The translations under genes and the position numbers were made by a program. The notes under the pieces are model-generated. The model ran no database searches. It was not told the DNA's origin and saw only the letters and a list, made by a program, of their open reading frames with translations. 64,000 nucleotides of DNA from Candidatus Saccharicenans subterraneus (lineage in GTDB: Bacteria; Acidobacteriota; Aminicenantia; Aminicenantales; Saccharicenantaceae). The DNA lies in NCBI GenBank assembly GCA_003426165.1, contig QUAH01000006.1, positions 134,685-198,684 on the forward strand, in the 5' to 3' direction. This document shows, piece after piece, positions 9,126 to 19,555 of this stretch (position 1 is the first letter of the stretch; the number at the start of each line of letters is the position of its first letter).

Positions 9126-10031
9126 ATGAAAAAATTCATAATCTTAACCGCTTCAGCCATCATCCTTTTAATATCTTTTAATTCGTGCCAGAAGGTGCAA
9201 CAGACAGCCACGGCCGGGGTAATCATAAACCCGGTAGAAAACATGTATTCCAGAGCCGACGACCAGGCCGACGTGGTCAGCCAGGCCCTGCTGGGCACAA
9301 CCGTCAAGATCCTGAAGAGCGAAAGGGATGCTAAAGGCAATACCTGGTACCAGATAGAAACGCCGGATACCTACCAGGGCTGGGTTTACGGACGGGCCCT
9401 GCGACCCTATGGCCAGGATGAAAAAGCCTATGCTTCAGAAGGCCAGGTCATAGAAATCACCAGCCTGTTTGCTTACCTTTACTCCGGGCCTGACGTCACC
9501 AAGCAGAAACCGCTGCTGTTCGCTCCCATCAGCTCGGTCCTGGTCCTGGAAAAATTCGAAGGGCGATGGGGCGAAGTTATATTGCCCGACAATCGCAAGG
9601 CCTTCCTCCAGATGGGCGACGGCCAGGTCAAGCAGGCACCTTTCCAGAGACCGCGCCTGAGCCCGGAGCAGATGGTGGAACTGGCCAGGAGGTTCCTCGG
9701 GCTGCCCTACTTCTGGGGAGGCACCAGCCCTCTGGGCCTCGACTGCTCCGGCTACGTCCAGCTCATTTACCGCCTGAGCGGGCTGGAAATCCTGCGGGAC
9801 GCCGATATCCAGTTCACCAAGTCCGGGCTGCTGGAAGTGCCCAGGGGCCAGGAAAAGACCGGGGACCTGGTCTTCTTCGGGCGCAAGAGCATAAGCCACG
9901 TGGGAATGATGATCAGCGAGCGGGAGTTCATCCACGCCACCACCAACCAGAAGCCGATGGTGCAGATTTCCAACCTTTATGATGACTACTGGCAGAGTAT
10001 CTACCAGGGAGCCCGCCGTCCCAAGGATTAA
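9126..10031 (+). CDS. NlpC/P60 family peptidoglycan endopeptidase lipoprotein with two SH3b-like domains (YkfC-like gamma-D-Glu-L-diamino acid endopeptidase)
   Basis: C-terminal catalytic Cys in DCSGYVQLIY and His in SHVGMM. Lipoprotein-like N-terminus from the internal ATG at 9126 (AAGGAGG RBS 11 nt upstream). The ORF-track start at 9078 is probably too far upstream. Confidence 0.72.
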   Translation: MKKFIILTASAIILLISFNSCQKVQQTATAGVIINPVENMYSRADDQADVVSQALLGTTVKILKSERDAKGNTWYQIETPDTYQGWVYGRALRPYGQDEKAYASEGQVIEITSLFAYLYSGPDVTKQKPLLFAPISSVLVLEKFEGRWGEVILPDNRKAFLQMGDGQVKQAPFQRPRLSPEQMVELARRFLGLPYFWGGTSPLGLDCSGYVQLIYRLSGLEILRDADIQFTKSGLLEVPRGQEKTGDLVFFGRKSISHVGMMISEREFIHATTNQKPMVQISNLYDDYWQSIYQGARRPKD

Positions 10032-10163
10032 AGGGCCTGACTTTAATTCAACCCCGGGAGGAGGCCAGTGTCCTTTATGGAGCCTGGCCGGACTGCAATA
10101 ACAAGGATGGATTGGACTCAGGCCCGAAGGTTCGGGCCGTCAGTATTCAGGACAGAAAGGAAA

Positions 10164-10574
10164 CTATTTGGCGGGTTTGCCTTTTTCCTTTTCTTTTTTC
10201 TTGGCTTTCTTTTTATATTCAGCGCCGAGCAGTTCCAGCATGGCCATGGGGGCACCGTCTCCCGAGCGGGGACCCAGCTTGACCACCCGGGTATAACCGC
10301 CCGGGCGCTCCTTGAACCGCGGTCCAAGCTCGGAAAACAGCTTCTGCACGGCCGCCTCCTTGGTCAGGTAAGCCAGGGCCAGGCGGCGAGCCGCCAGCGT
10401 ATTCTTCTTACCCAGGGTAATCATCTTCTCGGCCACGGGCCTGGCCGCCTTGGCCTTGGCCAGCGTGGTCTTGATTCTTTCCTTCTCCAGGAGAGAAGTT
10501 ACCAGATTCTTCAGCAGGGCCCGGCGATGGGCAGTATTCCGTCTGAGTTGATAGCGTTTAACCCGGTGTCTCAT
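10164..10574 (-). CDS. rplQ: 50S ribosomal protein L17
   Basis: Conserved N-terminus [24 protein letters not shown]. Lies at the end of the alpha operon after rpoA. Confidence 0.95.
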   Translation of the reverse strand: MRHRVKRYQLRRNTAHRRALLKNLVTSLLEKERIKTTLAKAKAARPVAEKMITLGKKNTLAARRLALAYLTKEAAVQKLFSELGPRFKERPGGYTRVVKLGPRSGDGAPMAMLELLGAEYKKKAKKKEKEKGKPAK

Positions 10575-11602
10575 GCTTCCAGCTCCTTATCGCTTTTGCT
10601 CTGCTTGATGACCGCCTGAACCTGCTCCAGCAGCTTGGGATGCAATTCCAGGTTCAAACCCAGGCCGATCTCGGCCAGCTTGTTCTTGATTTCTTCCAGC
10701 GACTTGCGACCAAAATTCTTGGTCTTCAAGAGCTGTTCCTCGGTTTTCTGGACCAGCTCGTAGACATGGCCGATGCCGGCAGCGCGCAGGCAGTTGTTGG
10801 CCCGGACCGAAAGTTCCAGGTGGTCAATGGTATGAGCCAGGGTTTCCACCTTGTCAATGTATGGAATTTCCTTCTTGGGCATCATGGTCTCCCGCTCCAG
10901 GGGCTCATCGACAATGTTGAGGAAGATGGCCAGATGGTCGCGCATCAACTTGGCCGCCTGGCTCAGGGCGTCGGTCGGCCGGATGGCGCCGTTGGTCCAT
11001 ATTTCCAGGGTCAGGCTCTCGTAATCGATCCGCTTGCCAACCCGGGCCGGCTCAACCGTGTAATTGACCTTGAGTATCGGCGAGTGGGAAGAATCCAGGG
11101 GAATGAAATCAACGCTCAGCTCGCTGTCGAAGTTCTGGTCGGCGGTGATGTAGCCCCGGTTATTCTTGACCACCATCTCCATTTCCAGCTTGCCGTCAAC
11201 ATCCAGGGTGGCAATATGAATGTCCGGATTCAGGATTTCCACGTCTGAATCGTGGACGATGTCGCCGGATTTAACCTCGGCCGGCCCGACCACCTTCAGG
11301 GTCATCCGCCTGGGCTCGTTGACCTTCAGCTTCAAGGGTATGGTCTTGAGGTTGAGGATGATGTGGGTCACATCCTCCACCACTCCGGGCAGGGTGGAAA
11401 ACTCGTGCAGCACCCCGTTAATCCTGACAGCGGTTATGGCTGCCCCGGTAATCGAGGACAGCAGGACCCTTCTCAGCGAGTTGCCGATGGTGATGCCGTA
11501 ACATCTCTCGAAAGGCTGGGCCTGAAACCGGCCGTAGGTATCGCTCAGCGTTTCGTAATCACACTCTAAAAATCTTGGCCTCTGGAAACCAAGTTCAGTC
11601 AT
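10571..11602 (-). CDS. rpoA: DNA-directed RNA polymerase alpha subunit
   Basis: [21 protein letters not shown]-terminal domain. C-terminal domain with ...[22 protein letters not shown]. Confidence 0.95.
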   Translation of the reverse strand: MTELGFQRPRFLECDYETLSDTYGRFQAQPFERCYGITIGNSLRRVLLSSITGAAITAVRINGVLHEFSTLPGVVEDVTHIILNLKTIPLKLKVNEPRRMTLKVVGPAEVKSGDIVHDSDVEILNPDIHIATLDVDGKLEMEMVVKNNRGYITADQNFDSELSVDFIPLDSSHSPILKVNYTVEPARVGKRIDYESLTLEIWTNGAIRPTDALSQAAKLMRDHLAIFLNIVDEPLERETMMPKKEIPYIDKVETLAHTIDHLELSVRANNCLRAAGIGHVYELVQKTEEQLLKTKNFGRKSLEEIKNKLAEIGLGLNLELHPKLLEQVQAVIKQSKSDKELEA

Positions 11603-11646
11603 GGTTCCTCCTTAATTGGAAGGCCTGTCTCCAGCCGCCTTCCTCG

Positions 11647-12273
11647 TTATTTCGAATAAAGCTCAACCACCAGATGTTCTTCCACCGGGATGGTGATATC
11701 CTGTCTGGTCGGCAGGGCTACCACTTTCCCCTGACAATTATCCCAGTCCACCTGCAGCCAGCCGGGAAGAGTCTTGGTCTTATTGGCTTCAACCACCGCT
11801 CTGAAATTCTCGTTCTGGGCTGATTTCTCTTTAAGGGCCACCAGGTCGCCGGCCTTAACCAGGTAGGACGGTATGGTCACCTTGCGGTCGTTGACCAGGA
11901 TATGACCATGGGTGATCATCTGACGGGCATGGGACCTGGACTGGGCCAGACCCATCAGAAAGACCACGTTGTCCAGCCTTCTCTCCAGCATGACCAGCAG
12001 GTTCTCGCCGGTGACACCCTTCTGCTGCTCGGCCCTCTTGAAGAAAAGGCGGAACTGTTGTTCCGACATGCAGTAGTACCTTTTGAGCTTCTGCTTTTCC
12101 CTGAGCTGCAGGGCATATCCCAGCACTCTCTTTCTCATCCGACCATGCTGCCCGGGAGCGAAGGGCCGTCTCTCCAGCGGGCATTTATCGGTCAGACATT
12201 TATTACCTTTTAAGAAAAGCTTGGTTTTTTCTATCCGGCACAAGCGACAATCCGGTTTTTGATACCTGGCCAT
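11647..12273 (-). CDS. rpsD: 30S ribosomal protein S4 (zinc-finger form)
   Basis: [27 protein letters not shown]-terminus with Cys4. S4 RNA-binding domain. Confidence 0.95.
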   Translation of the reverse strand: MARYQKPDCRLCRIEKTKLFLKGNKCLTDKCPLERRPFAPGQHGRMRKRVLGYALQLREKQKLKRYYCMSEQQFRLFFKRAEQQKGVTGENLLVMLERRLDNVVFLMGLAQSRSHARQMITHGHILVNDRKVTIPSYLVKAGDLVALKEKSAQNENFRAVVEANKTKTLPGWLQVDWDNCQGKVVALPTRQDITIPVEEHLVVELYSK

Positions 12274-12285
12274 GGCTGATCTCCT

Positions 12286-12672
12286 TTAAACTCTTCTTCT
12301 TCTTCTCACCCGGCAACCGTTGTGGGGAATCGGGGTCACATCCCGGATGGACTTGATTTCCAGTCCGGCGGCCTGCAGGGCCCGGATGGACGATTCCCGT
12401 CCGGCACCGGGTCCCTTGACCCTGACATCGATGTAGCGGACGCCAAATTCCTTGGCCTTGTTGGCCACTTCCTTGGCCGCCAGCTGGGCAGCAAAGGGCG
12501 TTCCCTTGCGGGCCCCCTTGAAGCCGGAAGTGCCGGAGCTGGCCCAGCAGATGGTATTCCCCTGCTGGTCGGTTATGGTGATGATGGTGTTGTTGAAGGT
12601 TGACTGAATATGAGCTACCCCGAAGGTAACTTCCTTTTTGATTTTTTTCTTCTTGGCTTTGGCCTTGGGCAT
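12286..12672 (-). CDS. rpsK: 30S ribosomal protein S11
   Basis: [18 protein letters not shown]...SGFKGARK motif. Confidence 0.95.
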   Translation of the reverse strand: MPKAKAKKKKIKKEVTFGVAHIQSTFNNTIITITDQQGNTICWASSGTSGFKGARKGTPFAAQLAAKEVANKAKEFGVRYIDVRVKGPGAGRESSIRALQAAGLEIKSIRDVTPIPHNGCRVRRRRRV

Positions 12673-12689
12673 GAACTTTCTCCCTTAAA

Positions 12690-13070
12690 CTAAGCTTTCT
12701 TCTCTTTCAGTTTCTTGATGGTCTGACCGCGCGGTCCCTTCCGGGTGCGGGCATTGGTCCTGGTCCGCTGTCCCCGGACCGGAAGGTTCCTCTTGTGCCG
12801 CATCCCTCGGTAGCAGCCGATGTCTATCAGCCGCTTGATGCTCTGGGAAACTTCCTTGCGAAGGTCGCCCTCGATTTTCTCGCGCTTCTCGATAATCTGG
12901 CGGATCTTGTTGATTTCATCCTCGGTCAATTCCTTGACCTTCTTGTTCTTGTCGATCCTGGCTTCCTCCAGGATCCTGTTGGCTTTGGACCTTCCGATTC
13001 CGTAGATATAGGTCAAACCAATCTCAATTCTTTTTTCCGGCGGAAGTGTGATACCTGCAATTCTTGCCAT
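12690..13070 (-). CDS. rpsM: 30S ribosomal protein S13
   Basis: [27 protein letters not shown]-terminus. Confidence 0.95.
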   Translation of the reverse strand: MARIAGITLPPEKRIEIGLTYIYGIGRSKANRILEEARIDKNKKVKELTEDEINKIRQIIEKREKIEGDLRKEVSQSIKRLIDIGCYRGMRHKRNLPVRGQRTRTNARTRKGPRGQTIKKLKEKKA

Positions 13071-13081
13071 GGTCTCCTCTT

Positions 13082-13195
13082 TTATCCTTGTCTTTGTTTA
13101 TGTTTGGGGTTGGAGCAGATGACTCTGATCACCCCTTTTCTCCGGACAATTTTGCAGTTCCGGCAGATTTTCTTGACTGATGCTCTGACCTTCAT
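13082..13195 (-). CDS. rpmJ: 50S ribosomal protein L36 (zinc-ribbon C+ form)
   Basis: Manual translation of the reverse strand gives [37 protein letters not shown] (37 aa). Not in the ORF track because it is short. Confidence 0.9.
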   Translation of the reverse strand: MKVRASVKKICRNCKIVRRKGVIRVICSNPKHKQRQG

Positions 13196-13203
13196 CTTAC
13201 ACC

Positions 13204-13422
13204 TCACTTGAACCTGTAAGTGATACGCCCCTTGGTCAAATCGTAAGGGGATATCTCCACCAAGACCCGGTCACCCGGCAGGATCCGGATGAAATTCTTC
13301 CTCATTCTCCCGGAGATATGGGCCAGGATGATATGCTTGTTGGACAGTTCCACCCTGAACATGGCGTTGGGCAAGGTTTCCAGCACCACGCCCTCGATTT
13401 CAAAGACATCGGTCTTAGGCAT
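13204..13422 (-). CDS. infA: Translation initiation factor IF-1
   Basis: [53 protein letters not shown] matches IF-1. The ORF-track N-terminal extension ([10 protein letters not shown]) was discarded and the start placed at the internal Met. Confidence 0.9.
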   Translation of the reverse strand: MPKTDVFEIEGVVLETLPNAMFRVELSNKHIILAHISGRMRKNFIRILPGDRVLVEISPYDLTKGRITYRFK

Positions 13423-14200
13423 TGGCCGATCTCCCCGTCCCGCGCCCTTCAACCTGGTCGAGCGACAGTATTTCCACGCCCCGGTCGGTCAGGGCCACGG
13501 TGTGCTCATAATGAGCTGACAGGCTCCGGTCCCGGGTAACCGCCGTCCAGCCGTCGTTCAGAACTTCCACTTCCCAATGCCCGGCCGCTATCATCGGTTC
13601 TATAGCCAAAGTCAGTCCTTTTTTTAGCCTCGGTCCATGACCGGGCAGGCCAAAATTCGGAAGCTGTGGCTCCTCGTGCAGGCTGCGGCCGATACCGTGG
13701 CCGACAAAAGCCCGGATGACCGAAAAGCCAGCCCCTTCCACTTCCTGCTGGATGGCCGCCGATACATCGGATAGTCTGTTCCCGACTTTCAATTCTTCCA
13801 GGCCCCGGTAAAAGGCCTTCTCGGCCACCGCGATCAACCTCAGGGCCAGGTCGGAGACCCTGCCGACCGGAACGGTCAGGGCTGCATCCCCGTAAAATCC
13901 CTCGTAGACGACTCCGAAATCCAGGCTGACTATGTCGCCTTCCTGGAGACGACGTCCCGACGGGATGCCATGCACAATTTCCTCGTTGACCGAAATACAG
14001 AGCGAAGCCGGATAACCGCGATAGCCCTTGAAGGCCGGCACGGCTCCCAGCTGGCGGGCCCTGGCCTCGGCATAGGCATCCAGTTCCCTGGTTTCCATCC
14101 CGGGCTTGATCATTTCCCGGAGTTCGGACAGAATCCTGGCCACGATCTGCGAGCTTTTCCGCATCATTTCAATTTCCGCCTCGGACTTATATATGATCAT
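13415..14200 (-). CDS. map: Methionine aminopeptidase type I
   Basis: [24 protein letters not shown]. Metal-ligand regions (D..D..H..E..E) of the pita-bread fold. Confidence 0.93.
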   Translation of the reverse strand: MIIYKSEAEIEMMRKSSQIVARILSELREMIKPGMETRELDAYAEARARQLGAVPAFKGYRGYPASLCISVNEEIVHGIPSGRRLQEGDIVSLDFGVVYEGFYGDAALTVPVGRVSDLALRLIAVAEKAFYRGLEELKVGNRLSDVSAAIQQEVEGAGFSVIRAFVGHGIGRSLHEEPQLPNFGLPGHGPRLKKGLTLAIEPMIAAGHWEVEVLNDGWTAVTRDRSLSAHYEHTVALTDRGVEILSLDQVEGRGTGRSANA

Positions 14201-14868
14201 GGCCGTCTTGATTCTCCCTGGCTTCGGGCAATCCGGTTGTCCAGAATCAATCTGATTGAGCCGAAAACCTCTTCCACTGCCCGCCGGCCGTCGACCTGGA
14301 ACAGCACCTGTTTTCGGGAGTAGTGTTCCAGCAACGGTCCTATCGTTTCCCGGTAAATTCGGAACCTTTCCCTGATGACTTCCGGCCGGTCGTCGTTCCG
14401 GGCCACCAGACCGGCGCCACAGGCCGGGCAGCGTCCGTCGGTAATCACTTTATCGTTATTGATATTATATACAGCTGCGCACCCCGGGCAAACCCGACGG
14501 CCGGCCAGCCGCTCCATGACCGCCTCTTCCGAAATCTGTATTTCCAGGACGGTTTCCGGGCGGTCGCCTTCAATCTTCTCCAGCAGGAGAGCCTGATTCA
14601 GGGTCCTGGGGTAGCCATCCAGGACATAACCGGCCCGGCAATCAGGGGCATTAATCCTGTCTCTGACCACCCGCGTGACCAGTTCATCGGCCACCAGCCG
14701 ACCCGACTTCATGACCTCCGCCACCATTTTCCCGAGTTCGCTTCCTTTCTGTACCTCCAGCCGGAGCAGGTCGCCGGTAGAAATGCGGGGAAACCCGTAG
14801 TGACGCTCGATGAGCTCACCCTGAGTTCCCTTGCCGCTACCAGCCGGCCCCAGCAGGATTATCCTCAT
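14197..14868 (-). CDS. adk: Adenylate kinase (zinc-binding LID)
   Basis: MRIILLGPAGSGKGTQ P-loop. LID with CPGCAAVY...CPACG Cys4. Confidence 0.95.
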   Translation of the reverse strand: MRIILLGPAGSGKGTQGELIERHYGFPRISTGDLLRLEVQKGSELGKMVAEVMKSGRLVADELVTRVVRDRINAPDCRAGYVLDGYPRTLNQALLLEKIEGDRPETVLEIQISEEAVMERLAGRRVCPGCAAVYNINNDKVITDGRCPACGAGLVARNDDRPEVIRERFRIYRETIGPLLEHYSRKQVLFQVDGRRAVEEVFGSIRLILDNRIARSQGESRRP

Positions 14869-16247
14869 CCCCTTCTCCCCCTGAGACGCCCGCTCCTGAG
14901 AAATCCATCGTAATGACGCATGACCAGCTGGGCCTCAATCTGCTGAAGGGTATCCATGGCCACGCCGACCACGATCAGGATGGAGGTGCCGCCGAAATAG
15001 AAGTCAACGTTCAGGCCCTGAGTAAACCACTTGGGCAGGTTGGCCTCCAGAAATGGCCCTACCCAGGGCAGGGCTCCCACCTTGAACCCGGTCATCAGGA
15101 ATTCGGGCAGGATGGCAATGGCCGCCAGATAGATAGCTCCAACCAGGGTTATCCGGCTGAGCACTTCATCTATGTAGTCTGCGGTATTCTTGCCGGGTCT
15201 GATTCCCGGGATAAAACCGCCGTACTTTCTGAGATTCTCGGCCACATCGTTAGGATTGAAGATGATGGAGACATAAAAGTAGGTGAAGAAAATTATGGCC
15301 GCTATGTAGAGCAGGTTATAGAGTGGCATGCCCATCCCGAATTGCCTGGCGATGGTCTGCAGCACCGGAGCCTTGGACAGGTTGGCCAGAGTGGCCGGGA
15401 TGGTGATGATGGACGCGGCGAAGATGATGGGAATAACCCCGCCGGTATTGACCCTGAGCGGCAGGTGGGTGCTCTGTCCGCCATACACCTTGCGCCCGAT
15501 AACCCTCTTGGCGTAGGAAATCGGAATCCGCCGCTGTCCGCGTTCAACGAAGATGATAAAGGCGATGACCGCCAGCATCAGCACCACCAGGAATATGATC
15601 CGCAGCGGGTCCAGGCTTCCGGTCCGCAGGCCGCTGAGCAGGCTGTTTATACCCTGAGGCAGGCCAACCACGATACCGGCAAATATGATAAGGGAAATGC
15701 CGTTCCCTATGCCCCGTTCCGAAATCTGTTCACCCAGCCACATGATAAAGGTGGTGCCGGTGGTCAGGGTCAGCATGGTCAGCAACCTGAATCCCCAGCC
15801 CGGACTGGGCACAATCCTGGCCCCGGTGGGGCTGGTCAGGCTTTCCAGGAAAATGGCGATACTGAAGGACTGGATCAGGCAGATCACCAGCGTCCCGTAG
15901 CGGGTATACTGGGTAATTTTTTTCCGGCCCAGCTCGCCCTCCTTGGACAGCCTTTCCAGGTAGGGCCAGACCACGGTCAGCAGCTGCAGGATGATCGAGG
16001 CGCTGATGTAGGGCATGATGCCCAGGGCGAAAATGGTCATCCTGGACATGGCCCGCCCGGAGAACAGGTCATAAAAACCCAGGATGGAGCCGCGCTGGGT
16101 CTGCCAGAACTCAGCCAGGGCGGCGGCGCTGACACCAGGGTTGGGAATCTGGGCCCCGATTCGATAGACAGCCAGAAGAAGAAGGGTGAAGATGACCCTC
16201 TTCCTCAGGTCAGGAATGCTGAAGATGTTGCGGATACTTTCTAACAT
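14865..16247 (-). CDS. secY: Preprotein translocase subunit SecY
   Basis: 10-TM profile. Conserved segments consistent with SecY. Position between rplO and adk. Confidence 0.95.
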   Translation of the reverse strand: MLESIRNIFSIPDLRKRVIFTLLLLAVYRIGAQIPNPGVSAAALAEFWQTQRGSILGFYDLFSGRAMSRMTIFALGIMPYISASIILQLLTVVWPYLERLSKEGELGRKKITQYTRYGTLVICLIQSFSIAIFLESLTSPTGARIVPSPGWGFRLLTMLTLTTGTTFIMWLGEQISERGIGNGISLIIFAGIVVGLPQGINSLLSGLRTGSLDPLRIIFLVVLMLAVIAFIIFVERGQRRIPISYAKRVIGRKVYGGQSTHLPLRVNTGGVIPIIFAASIITIPATLANLSKAPVLQTIARQFGMGMPLYNLLYIAAIIFFTYFYVSIIFNPNDVAENLRKYGGFIPGIRPGKNTADYIDEVLSRITLVGAIYLAAIAILPEFLMTGFKVGALPWVGPFLEANLPKWFTQGLNVDFYFGGTSILIVVGVAMDTLQQIEAQLVMRHYDGFLRSGRLRGRRG

Positions 16248-16693
16248 TATTCCTTCCCGATGGTGATGGCTTTACCCCCGCTTTCTTCAATCTTCTTGAC
16301 CGCAGATTGAGAGAAAGCATGAGCCTTTATGGTCTTGGGAGAAGTCAGTTGGCCTCTGCCCAGTACTTTTACCAGTTCCGATTCACCGTGGATCAGCCGG
16401 TGCTCGATCATTTCTTTCAGCCCGATCTCGGCCAGCGGTAGCCTGTCCAGCCGGTCCAGGTTGACCTCGGTGTATTCAACCCTGAACTTGTTGGTGAAGC
16501 CCCGTTTTGGCAGACGGCGATGCAGGGGCATCTGTCCGCCTTCAAAGCCCCACTTTCTCTTGTAACCGGCGCCGGCCAGCTGGCCCTTATGGCCACGGCC
16601 GGCAGTTTTCCCCAGACCGGAGCCCGGACCCCGGCCCCTTCTCTTGTCGCTTTTCTTGGCGCCCTGAGCTGGTTTCAATTTACTGAGATTCAT
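16247..16693 (-). CDS. rplO: 50S ribosomal protein L15
   Basis: MNLSKLKPAQGAKKSDKRRGRGPGSGLGKTAGRGHKGQ matches L15. Start placed at the internal ATG at 16691-16693, discarding a 23-aa unsupported extension. Confidence 0.9.
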   Translation of the reverse strand: MNLSKLKPAQGAKKSDKRRGRGPGSGLGKTAGRGHKGQLAGAGYKRKWGFEGGQMPLHRRLPKRGFTNKFRVEYTEVNLDRLDRLPLAEIGLKEMIEHRLIHGESELVKVLGRGQLTSPKTIKAHAFSQSAVKKIEESGGKAITIGKE

Positions 16694-16887
16694 GGCTTGT
16701 CTGTCTCCTCCACCTCGAGCAAATGAGAGATCTTTCTGACCATCCCCCGGATTTCCGGGCAATCCTTCCTGACCACCTGGGAATTGAGCTTCCTCAAGCC
16801 CAGTCCGTAGGCCACCAGGCGATGCTTCTGAGGATGGCCGATCAGGCTTCGAACCAACTTTATTTTCAGATACTTTTCTTTCTTCAT
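16690..16887 (-). CDS. rpmD: 50S ribosomal protein L30
   Basis: MKKEKYLKIKLVRSLIGHPQKHRLVAYGLGLRKLN matches L30. Confidence 0.93.
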   Translation of the reverse strand: MKKEKYLKIKLVRSLIGHPQKHRLVAYGLGLRKLNSQVVRKDCPEIRGMVRKISHLLEVEETDKP

Positions 16888-16899
16888 CTTGGCCTCACC

Positions 16900-17430
16900 T
16901 TAAGACTTGGCTTTCTCGCTTTCCTTGCCCCTCAACCGGTTTACCACTTCGGGCTTCTTCAATTTTTTGAGAGCGTCGATGGTAGCCTGGGCCACGGTGA
17001 TGGGATTGCCGCTGCGGATGGACTTGGTCAGGATGTCCCTGACTCCGGCCAGCTGCAGGATAACCCGGACCGCGCCTCCGGCGATAACCCCGGTTCCACG
17101 GGAAGCTGGCCGCAGAACCACGATCCCGGCATCGGATTCACCCTTGATCATATGAGGAATGGTCGTGCCGGACAGGGGTACCTCAATCATGTGCTTCTTG
17201 GCATCTTCCACGGCCTTGGCTATGGCCTGGGGAACTTCGCGGGCCTTGCCCAGGCCTATCCCCACCCGTCCGTTCTCGTTGCCCACCGCCACCAGGGCAG
17301 AGAAACTGAGGTTCTTTCCGCCTTTAACCACTTTGGTAACCCTTCTGATGGAGATAACCTGGTCTTTGAGCTCCAGCTCGGAGCCGACAACTTCGTCCAG
17401 CTTTTCCAGTTCTTCGTGTTCCACGCTCAT
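16900..17430 (-). CDS. rpsE: 30S ribosomal protein S5
   Basis: [37 protein letters not shown]. Confidence 0.95.
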   Translation of the reverse strand: MSVEHEELEKLDEVVGSELELKDQVISIRRVTKVVKGGKNLSFSALVAVGNENGRVGIGLGKAREVPQAIAKAVEDAKKHMIEVPLSGTTIPHMIKGESDAGIVVLRPASRGTGVIAGGAVRVILQLAGVRDILTKSIRSGNPITVAQATIDALKKLKKPEVVNRLRGKESEKAKS

Positions 17431-17444
17431 TCCTCCTTAATCGG

Positions 17445-17819
17445 TTAAAAGGCCAGGCCTTCGGCCCTGAGGGCCTCGGCCAGGGCCTTAACCCGTCCAT
17501 GATAGGGATAGATGCCACGGTCCAGAACAATCCTGGTGATGTTCTTCTCTTTCAGCCTCTTGGCCAGAACCGCTCCCAGCAGGGTACAGGCTTCCTTGTT
17601 CTTAAAATTCTTGGCTTTTTCCCGGAAATCTTTTTCCAGGGTTGAGGCCGAGGTGATCACCCGGCCGGAAAGGTCATCGATGACCTGGGCATAAACATAG
17701 CGGTTGGACTTGACCACCAGAACCCTGGGCCTTTCCGGAGTGCCCTGCAGTTTTTTCCTGATTCTTTTCCTGATTCTCTGTTTCCTGATTTTCTTGATTT
17801 CAGTCTTTGACTTAAGCAC
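17445..17819 (-). CDS. rplR: 50S ribosomal protein L18
   Basis: L18 core (RPRVLVVKSNRYVYAQVIDD...). Probable GTG start at 17817-17819 (VLKSKTEIKK...). The ORF-track ATG at 17936 would overlap rplF by 125 nt and add a non-conserved extension. Confidence 0.82.
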   Translation of the reverse strand: MLKSKTEIKKIRKQRIRKRIRKKLQGTPERPRVLVVKSNRYVYAQVIDDLSGRVITSASTLEKDFREKAKNFKNKEACTLLGAVLAKRLKEKNITRIVLDRGIYPYHGRVKALAEALRAEGLAF

Positions 17820-18357
17820 CGGCCACCCCCGCTTTTCTCTCTTTCTTGATGAGGACTTCGCCCACCAGCCGGATACCTTTCTGCTTGTAGGGGTCCGGAC
17901 GGCGGAACCTCTTGATGGTATCGGCCACCTGGCCAACCTTCTGCTTATCTATGCCCCGGACGGTCAACAGGGTTGGTTTTTCAGCCACGATTTCTATTCC
18001 CTGGGGAATTTCGTAAACCACCGGTTTGGAATAGCCCACACTCAGCTCCAGCTTGTTCTTCTCAACCTTGGCCCTGTAACCGACACCGGTGATCTCCAGC
18101 TGCTTGGAGAATCCCTTGGACACTCCAAGCACGGCATTATTGGCCAGGGCCCGGCACAGGCCGTGAAACTGCCTGGTCTTCTGCTCCTCGTTTTCCCGGG
18201 TGAGAATCAACTGGTTACCCTGCACCGTCGCCTTGATCCCGGCATAGAGCGGAGAGGTCAGCTTGCCGAGCTTACCTTCCACTTCAATCCGGTCCGGATG
18301 GACACTCACCTTGACTCCGGCCGGTATCTCAATCGGCTTCTTACCTACTCTTGACAT
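17812..18357 (-). CDS. rplF: 50S ribosomal protein L6
   Basis: MSRVGKKPIEIPAGVKV N-terminus. Confidence 0.95.
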   Translation of the reverse strand: MSRVGKKPIEIPAGVKVSVHPDRIEVEGKLGKLTSPLYAGIKATVQGNQLILTRENEEQKTRQFHGLCRALANNAVLGVSKGFSKQLEITGVGYRAKVEKNKLELSVGYSKPVVYEIPQGIEIVAEKPTLLTVRGIDKQKVGQVADTIKRFRRPDPYKQKGIRLVGEVLIKKERKAGVAGA

Positions 18358-18378
18358 CCTCGTACCTCACCTTCAGGA

Positions 18379-18777
18379 TTACCAGATCTCACACAGAACT
18401 TCGCCGCCCAGCCCCTGTTCCTGACACTGTTTATCGGTCAGGAGGCCGCGGGAGGTGGAAATGATCACCACTCCCAGGCCATCCAGGACTCTGGGTATAG
18501 AATCCCGGGAGCAGTAAATGCGGCATCCGGGCTTGCTCACCCGGCGAAGTCCGCTGATGACACTCTGGTTATCGTCCGTGTATTTCAGGACTATGTTCAG
18601 GACGCCCTGTTTATTATCCTCTATAACTTTATAGTTCTTTATGTAGCCTTCTTCCTTCAGGATCCTGGCAATCTCCACCTTCAGGCGCGAAGAAGGTACG
18701 TTGATTTCTTTTTTCTTAGCCCTGACGGCATTTCTGATTCTGGTTAACATATCGGCAATCGGGTCGGTCAGACTCAT
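18379..18777 (-). CDS. rpsH: 30S ribosomal protein S8
   Basis: MSLTDPIADMLTRIRNA N-terminus. Confidence 0.95.
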   Translation of the reverse strand: MSLTDPIADMLTRIRNAVRAKKKEINVPSSRLKVEIARILKEEGYIKNYKVIEDNKQGVLNIVLKYTDDNQSVISGLRRVSKPGCRIYCSRDSIPRVLDGLGVVIISTSRGLLTDKQCQEQGLGGEVLCEIW

Positions 18778-18799
18778 GTTTCTATCCTTTCCAAGATAT

Positions 18800-18985
18800 T
18801 TACCAGGAAGACTTGATTATGCCCGGGATCTCTCCCTTTAAGGCCAGTTGCCTCAGGCAAAGCCGGCAGAGGTCAAATTTGCGATAGTAGCCCCTGGGCC
18901 GGCCGCACAGGCGGCAGCGGTTGCGGTGGCGGATGCCGTAACGGGGCTTCCTCTGATCCTTGACCATTTTCGCTATAGTAGCCAC
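18800..18985 (-). CDS. rpsZ: 30S ribosomal protein S14 type Z (zinc-binding, 61 aa)
   Basis: [20 protein letters not shown] zinc-ribbon motif. Short form between rplE and rpsH. Confidence 0.93.
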   Translation of the reverse strand: MATIAKMVKDQRKPRYGIRHRNRCRLCGRPRGYYRKFDLCRLCLRQLALKGEIPGIIKSSW

Positions 18986-19001
18986 TTTGACCTTCCTTTC
19001 T

Positions 19002-19544
19002 TCAAGATTCGCGGAATGGCATGCCCAGCTTCTTCAGCAGGGCATACGCTTCCTTATCGTTTCTGGCCGTGGTCACGATGGTGATGTTCATACCCCGTGG
19101 CCTCTCGACTTTGGTGTAATCAATTTCCGGGAAGACCAGCTGGTCCTTTAACCCGATGGTATAGTTGCCGCGGCCATCAAAGGAGCTGGCCGGTACTCCC
19201 CGGAAGTCCCTGACCCGGGGCAGAACGATGTTAACCAGCCGGTCAAAGAATTCGTACATTCTCTTTCTTCTCAGGGTGACATAACAGGCGATGGGCTGTC
19301 CCTTCCTGAGGTGGAAGGCGGAGATGGATTTCTTGGCCCGGCCGATAGCCGGCTGCTGACCGGTTATCAGGCTGAGCTCCATCTTGGCCGTGTCCAGGAG
19401 CTTGATGTTCTGAATGGCATCCCCCACGCCCATGTTCACGATGATCTTCTCCAGCCGGGGCACAGCCATGGGATTGTCAATTCCCAGCTCCTTCTGAAGT
19501 TCCTTTATGATCTCTTTCTTGTAACGTTCATACAACCTGCTCAT
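19002..19544 (-). CDS. rplE: 50S ribosomal protein L5
   Basis: [43 protein letters not shown]. Confidence 0.95.
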   Translation of the reverse strand: MSRLYERYKKEIIKELQKELGIDNPMAVPRLEKIIVNMGVGDAIQNIKLLDTAKMELSLITGQQPAIGRAKKSISAFHLRKGQPIACYVTLRRKRMYEFFDRLVNIVLPRVRDFRGVPASSFDGRGNYTIGLKDQLVFPEIDYTKVERPRGMNITIVTTARNDKEAYALLKKLGMPFRES

Positions 19545-19555
19545 CTTCCGACCTC

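Noticed and set aside
10121-10138. Perfect 7-8 bp GC hairpin GGCCCGAaggTTCGGGCC between convergent NlpC/P60 and rplQ genes as an intrinsic terminator
   Set aside because: No U-tract follows on either strand. It may still act as an RNA-stability element or bidirectional pause site, but the sequence alone does not support an intrinsic terminator.
13423-13452. N-terminal [10 protein letters not shown] extension of the infA ORF in the track
   Set aside because: IF-1 is universally about 72 aa starting near MPK/MAKED, and the extension is not conserved. The start was moved to the internal Met.
14913-16244. 443-aa ORF on the plus strand, fully antisense to secY
   Set aside because: Low-complexity G/D/H/Q-rich translation with no recognisable domain. 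It lies entirely inside the highly conserved secY gene on the opposite strand. Long antisense ORFs are expected by chance in high-GC DNA.
17820-17936. Upstream ATG start for rplR giving a 163-aa L18
   Set aside because: It would overlap the rplF coding region by 125 nt and add an Arg/Ser/Trp-rich unconserved N-terminus. A GTG start at 17817-17819 gives a canonical-length L18.
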